Shown: positions 1-8,419 of the stretch, piece by piece
Layout of the letters: each line of letters starts with the position of its first letter
Position numbering within the stretch: position 1 is the stretch's first letter
DNA from: an uncultured Candidatus Poseidoniales archaeon
GTDB taxonomy: Archaea > Thermoplasmatota > Poseidoniia > Poseidoniales > Poseidoniaceae
Direction of reading: 5' to 3'
Length of the DNA stretch: 64,000 nt
Assembly: GCA_905182635.1 (NCBI GenBank)
Contig: CAJJCM010000026.1
Location: 3,568-67,567, forward strand
The notes under the pieces: generated by a model
Databases searched by the model: none
Told to the model about the DNA's origin: nothing
Seen by the model: only the letters and a program-made list of their open reading frames with translations
Position numbers and translations under genes: made by a program

Positions 1-677
1 TCGATGAAGGAAATGAACCCTATTTCCCTCCTGATGAAAATGCACAGAAGTGGGGGGTTCGTGCTCGATTTTTCCTCGGGTCATTGTTCCTCGTTCCTGT
101 AGCGTATCTTGCGATTCTACAATACCGCACAAAAAAGGTGGCGAATAATCTATTTTTGAAATCAGAGCAACTTGCATGGTTCAAACAGCAAATGGACTCA
201 GGCGAAAAAACGCCTGAACAATCACGTAAGAATCTGGCCAAGGCACTGCAAGCAATTTCTCTACTCAACTGGGAACAAGCAAACAAAGCATGGGGCAAGA
301 CATATCTTGATTATCGAACCGAAAACGTGGCACTTGCCGTATGGAAATTAGACAGGCGCATGGCGAAAAATGAAGGAGGTATTCCGTTGATGGTTGGCGT
401 CCATATCCTCGAAGGGCATTGGGACCTCGCTGCCTTGCGCTTCGATGCTCCTGTCGGCCAAGCATGGAAGGTCGAACATGTTGAGCCTCGTTTCCTTCAT
501 CGGGGTGAAGAAGTGTTCCTTGACACCATGGCCGTAGGAAACCGTACCTTCATTATGGCTGAATTAAGCGGTAATGCTGGTGTTGTGGATATTGAACTTA
601 ATGGTCGAATGGATGGTGTTGCAAGTGCTGCTCGAATCCCAACAACCTTGACACTCTATTCAAATGAAGAAGAGTGA
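1..677 (+). CDS. Hypothetical protein, 5'-truncated by the window edge. The reading frame is open from nt 3; the ORF track starts it at TTG nt 84.
   Basis: Frame 3 has no stop codon from the window start up to the stop at 675-677. Coding-like composition. No motif recognised. Confidence 0.4.
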   Translation, partial: DEGNEPYFPPDENAQKWGVRARFFLGSLFLVPVAYLAILQYRTKKVANNLFLKSEQLAWFKQQMDSGEKTPEQSRKNLAKALQAISLLNWEQANKAWGKTYLDYRTENVALAVWKLDRRMAKNEGGIPLMVGVHILEGHWDLAALRFDAPVGQAWKVEHVEPRFLHRGEEVFLDTMAVGNRTFIMAELSGNAGVVDIELNGRMDGVASAARIPTTLTLYSNEEE

Positions 678-778
678 TACCGTGGGTAGGCAGTGCACTA
701 GCCGACTGAACACCCATTGTACTCCTCCATAGTCTCTTGAGAGGTTTAAAAGAACCCTCATTGCAAAGATGATGGAAA

Positions 779-1654
779 TCAAAGGTATTTCATAAAGAAC
801 GCTCTGCACCGAACGAAGGAATCTGCACGAGCAGTGGGATTACCTTCCACGTGAGCGCCTCTATTCCGCAAGATTCGGATAACCCATCGTCGTTGCCAAC
901 GCTCGTTCAAAGGCAATCGGATACCTAGGAATAATTCCCCAGACATGTTTCCATTCTTGTCGATACGAGCAGTCCTCTTTTTCAAACGAACAGCCTTTGG
1001 AAGCCACTCGAATTCTCTCTCGCTGTCGAAGGAGTGGTGCGCTCCAGGATAGACATGCAGGGTCGCATTTGGCAGTTGAGGCATGAGGTCTTGAACCAAA
1101 TGAACTGGGGTCCAATCGTCAGCATCTCCGTGAAGAATGAAGATGGGTGATTCGGACCAAGTTTGGATTTCGGGGCGAATATGTGCTGCTGGATAGAATG
1201 GTAAATGAGCGTCAAAGGGAGTCCCAAGAATCTCGATAATTGGAGACCATGCAGAATACAGTGCTACGGTTCCACCAAGGCTCCATCCAGCGATTCCAAT
1301 CTTTCCGATACGAGAATCCTGTTCTAACACAGAACGAGTTCTGAAAGCATCAACGAGCATCATTGCATGGGTCACTGAGAGTTGGTCATCAACCGTGGAA
1401 TCAATCGTTCTTGAGGAGAATGAATTCACCTTACAAACTGCAAGCCCAGCATCGAGCCAACCATTGATATGGTCCTGATGATGTGATGCCCAACCTATGC
1501 TTCCGTGAAGGGCAAGTACACATCCGAATGGCCCTTCACCTTCGGGCAGATACAGTTCAGAATCAACGGTTGTTTCTGGAGTTTTTTCCAAACCGGTCAG
1601 TATGTGGTGTATCTCAAATGGAGAGCGAGATTGAACTTGGAATCGCTCGACCAT
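779..1654 (-). CDS. Alpha/beta-fold hydrolase (dienelactone-hydrolase-like esterase)
   Basis: Nucleophile elbow GWSLGG. Upstream HG motif (ALHGSIGW). C-terminal HGDADDWTP and a His (PGAHHSF) typical of the DLH/esterase catalytic triad arrangement. Confidence 0.65.
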   Translation of the reverse strand: MVERFQVQSRSPFEIHHILTGLEKTPETTVDSELYLPEGEGPFGCVLALHGSIGWASHHQDHINGWLDAGLAVCKVNSFSSRTIDSTVDDQLSVTHAMMLVDAFRTRSVLEQDSRIGKIGIAGWSLGGTVALYSAWSPIIEILGTPFDAHLPFYPAAHIRPEIQTWSESPIFILHGDADDWTPVHLVQDLMPQLPNATLHVYPGAHHSFDSEREFEWLPKAVRLKKRTARIDKNGNMSGELFLGIRLPLNERWQRRWVIRILRNRGAHVEGNPTARADSFVRCRAFFMKYL

Positions 1655-1759
1655 GCGTATTGGGATGGCTTACATCATTTCAAATGTGGTTTTTCACAAT
1701 GGAAGAAATCAACGCCTTCTACCACCACTGGAACTGCGCAAGCAATCTCACACACAGGC

Positions 1760-2902
1760 TCAATTCCGACGCTCTTTTGCATCATCTTTGATTCGTTCAA
1801 GAATATCTTTTGGGCCAAGTACAGGCTTCAAATCTTGAAGGACTTTCTTCGACTTCTTGTCGACCTTTTTCGGCATATGTAATTTGAGAAGAACAATCAC
1901 ATCGCCTCGACCACTGCCTCTGCTTCGTGGCAAGCCTCGTTTCTTAATTTCAATCGTATCGCCAGAATTCGAATACGGTGGGATTTTGATGACTAATTCC
2001 TTTCCATCAATGTGCTGTAAAGTAACACTGGTGCCCAATACAAGGTCGGAATAGCCAAGTGGAAGAGACATGATTAAATCTGAAGTTGAACGTTCATACC
2101 AAAGGTGCTGGTCAATGTCAATCTCGATGAATAAATCACCATCTTGACCTTTTCCTTGAGGTGCTGGCTCTCCTTTTCCACGCATGCGTAGACGAGTTCC
2201 TGCTTCAGCACCGGCAGGGATATTGAAGCGAAGTGTTGTCGATTTGATCTCCTTGCCGTTTCCACGACAAGGGCCACAATTTTCATCAATTTGATGGCCT
2301 GCACCCTTGCATCGAGGACAATCACGAACAACATCTTGGACAAAGGGTCCAACTTGCTGACGCATTCGAACGCGACCTTGGCCACTGCAATCGCTGCAAT
2401 CAGAGATGTTTCCATCTTTGGCTCCAGTTCCAGCACACTTGGTACAAGCGACAGGCAGTTCAACTTCGACTTCTTCTGTGCTTCCGGCATAGATTTTTTC
2501 TAAATCAACGGTATGAAACATGCGAATATCGCTGCCACGACGTCGTGAACTTTGACCGCCACCACCGCCACCACCGCCACCAAAGATGTTGGAAAAGAAA
2601 TCGCCACCCATTATATCTTCTAAATTGATGTTAAATCCGCCACCACCAAATCCACCAAACGGTGAACCGCCAGCACTGCCATGACCAAATCGGTCAAATT
2701 GAGCACGCTTTTCATTATCAGAAAGGACTGCATACGCCTCCTGTATTTCTTTGAACATGTTTTCAGCGTCTTCTTCTTCACTACGGTCAGGATGATACTT
2801 TCGTGCAAGACTCCGGAATGCATTTTTGAGGTCGGCAGAAGAGGCATCTTTTGCCACGCCTAAGACTTCATAATAATCCCGCTTCTCCGACATAGCACTC
2901 AC
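1760..2902 (-). CDS. dnaJ: Molecular chaperone DnaJ (Hsp40)
   Basis: N-terminal J domain (DYYEVLGV...KYHPDR). Gly/Phe-rich linker (GGGGGGGGQ, FGGFGGGGF). Four CxxCxGxG zinc-finger repeats (CTKCAGTG, CSDCSGQG, CPRCKGAG, CGPCRGNG). C-terminal substrate-binding region. Confidence 0.95.
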   Translation of the reverse strand: MSAMSEKRDYYEVLGVAKDASSADLKNAFRSLARKYHPDRSEEEDAENMFKEIQEAYAVLSDNEKRAQFDRFGHGSAGGSPFGGFGGGGFNINLEDIMGGDFFSNIFGGGGGGGGGQSSRRRGSDIRMFHTVDLEKIYAGSTEEVEVELPVACTKCAGTGAKDGNISDCSDCSGQGRVRMRQQVGPFVQDVVRDCPRCKGAGHQIDENCGPCRGNGKEIKSTTLRFNIPAGAEAGTRLRMRGKGEPAPQGKGQDGDLFIEIDIDQHLWYERSTSDLIMSLPLGYSDLVLGTSVTLQHIDGKELVIKIPPYSNSGDTIEIKKRGLPRSRGSGRGDVIVLLKLHMPKKVDKKSKKVLQDLKPVLGPKDILERIKDDAKERRN

Positions 2903-2960
2903 CCAACAAAACGAGGGGCATCAAGGACCTCTTTCAACATCTCGCTTGAGAAGGCTCTTT

Positions 2961-3995
2961 TCAAGCGTCAAGACCACAATGTAGACAAAACTGTTCTGAA
3001 ACCGGAATGGTTGCATTACAACCCCTGCACAATGAGCCAGTTGGAGAGACAATGACTTCGGTTGGTTGGGACGTTTCGTATTGAGGAATAGACAGCATGG
3101 CCATTGATTCGATACTTTCGGTCGATTGTTCAGCCGGCGCATTGGAGTCGAAACCATAGACCTTCTCAGTTTGAGGTTTGGTTTGAAACTGGGCTTGATT
3201 TTGAACGGCATCCACAAGCGTATTTCCTGTTTCGGACATGACCGATTCCACTTCACCATCATCAGTCATCGAGGTGAGTGTCAGTTCAGAATCATTCGAA
3301 GATGTGACGCTACGTATAGGAGCAACTGGACGTTGTGCAGTGACCGGTGCTGCTGAAGCCGCAGCACGGAGGGTTTGCTGCCTCTTTTCTTCACGCCGTT
3401 GGTCGGCATCACCTCGGCCAAACATCCGACTCAACATATCAAGAAATGAATCCATAGGGGAATTCTTACGGGTCGCACCAATGGTCGAATCCACAACTTC
3501 GTCATCAAAAGTTTCAGTACCAGTCATTCTTCGATTCGCTTTCCGAATCCGTTCGGATTCAAGCAAAAGGTCGACTTCAACTCGTTCGTCTTCACCTATT
3601 TCGAGTTCCGGAAGTTCATTATCGATACTGGAAACCGGCTGTAGAAGTACTCTTTCTCCTTCTGGACTGAGGTTGCTGTCGAGTTGTACATCGGTTTGCC
3701 AAACACCAGCTTCTTCCGCCTCGTAGACTTTTTTCATCGATTTCATAGTTTTTGAACGATGGAATTCATAATCATGGACCGTACGAGTTTTGCGAAACAA
3801 AAGTAGACCAAGAACGATGCCGATTCCATACCACCCGTACATGAGGTTCGGTTCAACTTCAAACATTTCTTTGAGAGGAGTAACTGTAAAGTGAGTCACA
3901 CCCATGAGAAGCAATGGCAACACTGCAACTCCACGGGCTGTTGCAGTTCGCTCAGACACCATTGTACTCATCCCTCGCTTCAATCGTTCACTCAA
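2961..3995 (-). CDS. Membrane protein with an N-terminal pair of transmembrane helices, an acidic/Ser-rich disordered region and a C-terminal zinc-ribbon (CxxC-x11-CxxC)
   Basis: Hydrophobic segments GVAVLPLLLMGVTHF and YGWYGIGIVLGLLLF. C-terminal CRGCNATIPVSEQFCLHCG. Lies immediately upstream of dnaJ and is co-directional with it. Confidence 0.5.
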   Translation of the reverse strand: MSERLKRGMSTMVSERTATARGVAVLPLLLMGVTHFTVTPLKEMFEVEPNLMYGWYGIGIVLGLLLFRKTRTVHDYEFHRSKTMKSMKKVYEAEEAGVWQTDVQLDSNLSPEGERVLLQPVSSIDNELPELEIGEDERVEVDLLLESERIRKANRRMTGTETFDDEVVDSTIGATRKNSPMDSFLDMLSRMFGRGDADQRREEKRQQTLRAAASAAPVTAQRPVAPIRSVTSSNDSELTLTSMTDDGEVESVMSETGNTLVDAVQNQAQFQTKPQTEKVYGFDSNAPAEQSTESIESMAMLSIPQYETSQPTEVIVSPTGSLCRGCNATIPVSEQFCLHCGLDA

Positions 3996-4025
3996 GTATG
4001 TTGCCGTCTCTTGTATGGCCCTGCA

Positions 4026-5057
4026 TCATCGGTCAGTGGATGCTCGACCTTTACGAAGGAGACCATCAAGCAGTCCAACCGAAAAACTCGAATGAAGCAT
4101 AAGCAAGCAGAATGGAACACCGAAGAGTGTTGAAATACGCTTTGAAATGAAACTGCTGCGAATACCTTCAATCACGAGTACGGCGAAATAACAGCCAGGG
4201 AGAATAAAAGCCAATTCAGTTTGAAAAAAGCAGAGTGCAAGTGTTGTCAACAATCCAAACCAAGGTAAAAACTCCCGAGCACTCACTCGCTTCGGATGCT
4301 TTCGTAAAACTTTCATCCGCCAAAAGCCATACCGATGGCCCATTTTCCACCACTTCAGCAAACCCGAACGTTTCACCATATGGACACTGGTTGCTGGTGT
4401 TCGGTGAATGCTAAAACCTGCTTCAAGAAGACGCATTGAAAGGTCACTGTCTTGACTTGTGATGTAGGATGTATCCCAACCACCAATCTGTTTCAATGCC
4501 AAGCGTGAATGCATGGCGAAGGCAGGAGTATTCGTTGGACCTGAAGTGGAAAAATTATCGAATTGTCCACTGCCACTTCCGAGTGGAGAAGCAAGCGTCG
4601 CTTCAATCCAAGCCTCGACCACTCCATGTTCACCGATGCTTGGTTTCACTCGAATACCAACTGCAGCCAAAGGTCCTGTCGTTGTTGATTCAATACGTCT
4701 CCATTCTTGTAAGCGGATTTCGAGATGATCGGGTTCAACCGTAGAATGTCCAATCATTTCAACGGTGTATTCAATGGAATCAGGAAGCAGGGTAAGGGCG
4801 AGGTTACGTGCTTCAGCAACATGCTTTTTAGGATTGGAATGTAATTCAATTGACGGGCCATTGACCTTTTTACTTCGTTCAATTGCTTTGGACACTTCAT
4901 CGCAGGTCGAATCTTCAGAACCGCCATCAAGTACCAAAATTATATGGCGTTCTGCAGGCAGAGTTTGAGCAATCAGTGAATCCAAACAGGCGCCAATGTA
5001 TGCTGACTCATTCAAGACTGGAATGACAGATGCAATCAACGGTTCTGCATCACTCAT
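4026..5057 (-). CDS. Family-2 glycosyltransferase with C-terminal transmembrane helices (AglJ/AglD or Dol-P-sugar-synthase-like)
   Basis: N-terminal GT-A signature VIPVLNES...LDSLIAQT and DxD-like DGGSED. Motif QDSDL. Several C-terminal hydrophobic helices (LPWFGLLTTLALCFF, ILPGCYFAVLVIEGI, FGVPFCLLMLHSSFSVGLL). Confidence 0.75.
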   Translation of the reverse strand: MSDAEPLIASVIPVLNESAYIGACLDSLIAQTLPAERHIILVLDGGSEDSTCDEVSKAIERSKKVNGPSIELHSNPKKHVAEARNLALTLLPDSIEYTVEMIGHSTVEPDHLEIRLQEWRRIESTTTGPLAAVGIRVKPSIGEHGVVEAWIEATLASPLGSGSGQFDNFSTSGPTNTPAFAMHSRLALKQIGGWDTSYITSQDSDLSMRLLEAGFSIHRTPATSVHMVKRSGLLKWWKMGHRYGFWRMKVLRKHPKRVSAREFLPWFGLLTTLALCFFQTELAFILPGCYFAVLVIEGIRSSFISKRISTLFGVPFCLLMLHSSFSVGLLDGLLRKGRASTDR

Positions 5058-5137
5058 ACCATTGCCAACATGGCTTTGACTTTCACCTCTTCGCCCTTTT
5101 TCGCAACGAAAGGCATGTTCATGTGCAAGCGATGGTT

Positions 5138-5662
5138 GGCGAGTTCATGCAAGACCCAATGCTTCGCCTCAACGGCGTCAATGAAAACTTGCGTATCCTC
5201 ATTGAAACTGAGTTGCGGGGTGCAGACTCTCCTCAAAAGGTAGAACAGGCAGTCTTGGCAATATTCCCAGAATTCCCAAGAGACAATCAATCCGATGAAC
5301 CAACTCTTGGAAAGGCGAGTAATGTGACATGGAGTGCCGAACAAATATCGCTTGAAACATTTCTCAAATTACTCCATGACTACCGAATACTCGATACTGC
5401 ATTGGATGCAATGACCGTTGATTTCGATGGACAGAAAACCAAATTCCGTTTGCTACGCCAGGCAGCAATCGTTGGAAAAGTAGCCTTTCCTTTGCCGAAT
5501 GAGCAGCCACTTGGAGGAGTCATCTCCGTCACACTCGAAGGAGAACATCTTGGTGATTGGCTCGAAGCAGCGACTTGGCATAAAGGTCGAGACATTACTC
5601 CACGTTCGATCAAAGATGACAATGCCATGGGTGAAGATGGTGAAGCGGTTACTTGGTTGTAG
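5138..5662 (+). CDS. Hypothetical cytoplasmic protein. The true start is probably the internal ATG (MVGEFMQ...), because the ORF-track start at 5030 overlaps the divergent GT2 gene.
   Basis: Long ORF with coding-like amino-acid composition. A divergent overlap of 28 nt with the GT2 gene start argues for a downstream start. No recognisable motif. Confidence 0.4.
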   Translation, partial: GEFMQDPMLRLNGVNENLRILIETELRGADSPQKVEQAVLAIFPEFPRDNQSDEPTLGKASNVTWSAEQISLETFLKLLHDYRILDTALDAMTVDFDGQKTKFRLLRQAAIVGKVAFPLPNEQPLGGVISVTLEGEHLGDWLEAATWHKGRDITPRSIKDDNAMGEDGEAVTWL

Positions 5663-6695
5663 GCAAGTACGAAGTTTGTATCATCCAATCGACAACAGCC
5701 TCATCGTTCCCCAGCCAATCAAGAGGCGTGGTATCTGCCAGTGACCTCAAAGCAATTGCATCGTGCGCAGTCCACAATTCCTTATCCTCGAAATGAGGCG
5801 CATCGCCATGAAAAGAGGTCGGTAAGACATGCAAAGCGATGTCGACATCTTTGAGCGAATGATACCAGGTGCCGACTGGGTTCTCACATGCCACATACCA
5901 GCCAAACTCTTCCTGGATTTCTCGTTCTAACGCCTCAGTCAACGTTTCATTTGGCTCGACCTTCCCCCCAGGAAACTCCCATGCCCCCGCATGACTTTCG
6001 GATGGTGAGCGACGAGCGACGAGATATTGGTCGTCGTGAGAAATTAAAGCTGCAACTACCGATAGTACTGGTCGATACATCATGCGTTGAAGGAGTTCTT
6101 GAACCAGTTCGAGAGCGGATGCCAGTGAACAATTTTCGTGTGAAGGAAGATGGAGAAATAAGCATGGTATGACTGATTCATCGACGCTTGATGTGGATTC
6201 GAGAGCAGAAAGGGTTCGGTACAGTGTCTCGTTACAGAGATACGACCCGGCATCCACTGAGAGTTCGCACTCCATCGACCAGTCACGGTTCATCCACGAT
6301 TGCGCCGGCACTGTGACGTAGAGGTCACCTTGCCCTGTGATGGGTTGTTCCATTATTTGACGACCCTTATTGTCGGGTATCCGCATGTCGATTCGGTCTT
6401 GTGCGAGCGTTTCCAAACGAGGAATTCGACATGATTCACATAGCCCAATATGAAGAATAGCATCCCAATTCTGGCCTTGGTGGAGAGCAGATGCAATTTC
6501 GGTCGACCCTGCTTCATCTACGGAGAGTACTCGCGTTTCAATCGAGATGTCGAGCGATTTGGCAGGTTTTTGACGCAAATCTGCCCAAGGGTCGTTCATT
6601 CGAATGTTGGAAGGTAATTCCCTCACCACTTCGCTCGAAATATTACGCCGGTGAGTTCCAAATGGCTCAAAACCAGTCACCAATACCCGAGCCAT
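5649..6695 (-). CDS. Fusion protein of an N-terminal pyroglutamyl-peptidase I (Pcp, peptidase C15) domain and a C-terminal NUDIX hydrolase domain
   Basis: Pcp hallmarks: VLVTGFEPFG N-terminus, ILHIGL segment, catalytic Cys context GSYLCNETLY, His in CLFLHLPSHE. NUDIX box is a perfect match to Gx5Ex7REUxEExGU (GGKVEPNETLTEALEREIQEEFGW), encoded around 5880-5965. Confidence 0.8.
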   Translation of the reverse strand: MARVLVTGFEPFGTHRRNISSEVVRELPSNIRMNDPWADLRQKPAKSLDISIETRVLSVDEAGSTEIASALHQGQNWDAILHIGLCESCRIPRLETLAQDRIDMRIPDNKGRQIMEQPITGQGDLYVTVPAQSWMNRDWSMECELSVDAGSYLCNETLYRTLSALESTSSVDESVIPCLFLHLPSHENCSLASALELVQELLQRMMYRPVLSVVAALISHDDQYLVARRSPSESHAGAWEFPGGKVEPNETLTEALEREIQEEFGWYVACENPVGTWYHSLKDVDIALHVLPTSFHGDAPHFEDKELWTAHDAIALRSLADTTPLDWLGNDEAVVDWMIQTSYLPTTK

Positions 6696-6739
6696 GCCAT
6701 TGCCTTGTCATGGGGGTTTTTGATACTCGTGCCGATTAA

Positions 6740-7132
6740 ATGTCCGTCATCTTGACAAATAAGAACCAACACGACGATACAGTGGGGAGTATGGAGGCAC
6801 ATTCAGAAATGACGCTTATTCTCCCTGAAGAAGAGAAAAAAGGGTTTCTCGAATGGCGCCCTATTCGATTATTGCGTGAAATCTGGAGAGAAATCACATT
6901 TGGAGTCGGTGCATGGGGAACTTTGCGGCCTCTGGTAACTGCGCTTCTTGCCACAATTCCGTTCCTTTTCCTAGGTCAGCATTTCAATCGACAACATCGT
7001 AAGGCTTTCGATTGGATGATGCTCCAAGTTCCACTTGCATTGACCATCGTACTTTGGGTCGGATTGTGGTTTTATTCGATCTTTGATGCATGGCGAGAGG
7101 CGACGAAGCGAATTGCAGCCAAATCGGATTAA
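6740..7132 (+). CDS. Small membrane protein with 2 predicted transmembrane helices. The start may be the internal ATG at about 6788.
   Basis: Hydrophobic segments LVTALLATIPFLFLG and VPLALTIVLWVGLWFYSIF. Convergent with the metallopeptidase gene. Confidence 0.35.
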   Translation: MSVILTNKNQHDDTVGSMEAHSEMTLILPEEEKKGFLEWRPIRLLREIWREITFGVGAWGTLRPLVTALLATIPFLFLGQHFNRQHRKAFDWMMLQVPLALTIVLWVGLWFYSIFDAWREATKRIAAKSD

Positions 7133-7920
7133 GGCTTCCATAATTGGTCAGTGCATGTGATTGTGCCATCGGCTAACCCTTGCAAATCTTTTTTGTCATC
7201 GATGTCGAATTCGGTGGGTAACTCATTATCAAAGAAATTCGCAATGCTCGAAGATTCAATTGCCCAATACATCACTGAATCTTCGTTGTTCGAATGGCCA
7301 GGGTGCTCACTGTCTTCATGATCTTCTGGTGAGGTATAGACTGTGTTAACCAAGCCTAACAGATGACCGAATTCGTGAATAAGAACACTGTTTTCGATTT
7401 TTTCAGCAGAAGGCCTGCGAAGAAAGTTTTCAGCATCATCAATTGAATCCTTGAAGATGGAAATGGTCGATGCATCGACTGCAACTCCAAGTACACTGTC
7501 ATCCTCATAGACGCCAGCAGGGAAGATGACTTGCCAATAAAGGGTTGAACCATCTCTTGGGTCGTGACTCTTCTCCTCCCAGCCTGTTGCGCGAACATCA
7601 TTTGCATCCCAAATATCTTCGTTCACAAAGTCAGTCTCGGTGAATATGAGTTCAATGCCTTGAGGCTTCTTACACACCGAGTCGAGACGTTCTTTCAACA
7701 AATCAGTGGATGATGATTCCGGTTGGTAGCCTGGTTCATAATCAATTTCGATTACCATTGAAGTGTAGGTTGAATCATCAAGACAAGCCAGTGTCAATCC
7801 ACCAGGGATTCCATGTCTCAAACCCAAATCCGTAAAACTATCCGTGCCAATGCAGCCTGAAAGCATTGGAGAGATGAGAACGATGAGCATCCCCAAACTG
7901 ATGCGAACCCCCTTCTCCAT
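7129..7920 (-). CDS. Lipoprotein zinc metallopeptidase (HExxH motif)
   Basis: Signal peptide with lipobox-like LSGC (MLIVLISPMLSGCIGT). Zinc-binding HEFGHLLGL, followed by an acidic His/Glu-rich stretch (EDHEDSEHPGH). Confidence 0.55.
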   Translation of the reverse strand: MEKGVRISLGMLIVLISPMLSGCIGTDSFTDLGLRHGIPGGLTLACLDDSTYTSMVIEIDYEPGYQPESSSTDLLKERLDSVCKKPQGIELIFTETDFVNEDIWDANDVRATGWEEKSHDPRDGSTLYWQVIFPAGVYEDDSVLGVAVDASTISIFKDSIDDAENFLRRPSAEKIENSVLIHEFGHLLGLVNTVYTSPEDHEDSEHPGHSNNEDSVMYWAIESSSIANFFDNELPTEFDIDDKKDLQGLADGTITCTDQLWKP

Positions 7921-7957
7921 GGTGTGCGGTGCAGGTCGCTATTTTCAAACCCATTGC

Positions 7958-8410
7958 TCACCAGTCTTCCGGTATTTCGAGCGGAGAGAACAGTTGCCCG
8001 GGGCCTTTTGCCTTGGCCAGTTGGGTGCGTGAAAGGGCTTCCCAAGGGCGCAGTGCCAGTAATCCTTCTGCCAAAGAAGCATCAATTTCGACAAGTGTGA
8101 CACGAACAAGTGTTGCGAGAATATCCATTCGGTCTTCATCAATGATTTTGAATATTTTTTCAAGTTCAAAACTAAATTCAGGGTCATTACCTTCCGGTGT
8201 TTCAATTGGCCATGGATGGGTCACCGTTTCAGGGAACGTTTGTTGAGTTGCACTAATATGTTCATCTAAAGAACGTGAAAGGCCAGCAATATGCTTGCTC
8301 AAGACAAGACTCACTTCAATCAAGGGCATACTCAATTGATTGATGAGATTGACCATGCGTTCTTGCATAGTCACCATGCCATCAACGGCCGAAGCCTTTT
8401 CTTCAGTCAT
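7958..8410 (-). CDS. Hypothetical acidic cytoplasmic protein lying between the giant surface-protein gene and the metallopeptidase gene on the same strand
   Basis: 150-aa ORF in the same orientation as both flanking genes, 10 nt downstream of the giant gene. No recognisable motif. Confidence 0.4.
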   Translation of the reverse strand: MTEEKASAVDGMVTMQERMVNLINQLSMPLIEVSLVLSKHIAGLSRSLDEHISATQQTFPETVTHPWPIETPEGNDPEFSFELEKIFKIIDEDRMDILATLVRVTLVEIDASLAEGLLALRPWEALSRTQLAKAKGPGQLFSPLEIPEDW

Positions 8411-8419
8411 AGCGACAAC

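Noticed and set aside
5054-5344. 96-aa minus-strand ORF antisense to the start of the hypothetical gene at 5138..5662
   Set aside because: Sits in the divergent promoter / 5' region. No motif. Likely spurious.
7129-7920. Metallopeptidase considered as a strict metzincin (HExxHxxGxxH)
   Set aside because: The third His position is Asn (HEFGHLLGLVN). The family could not be assigned from sequence alone, so the call stays a generic HExxH zinc peptidase.
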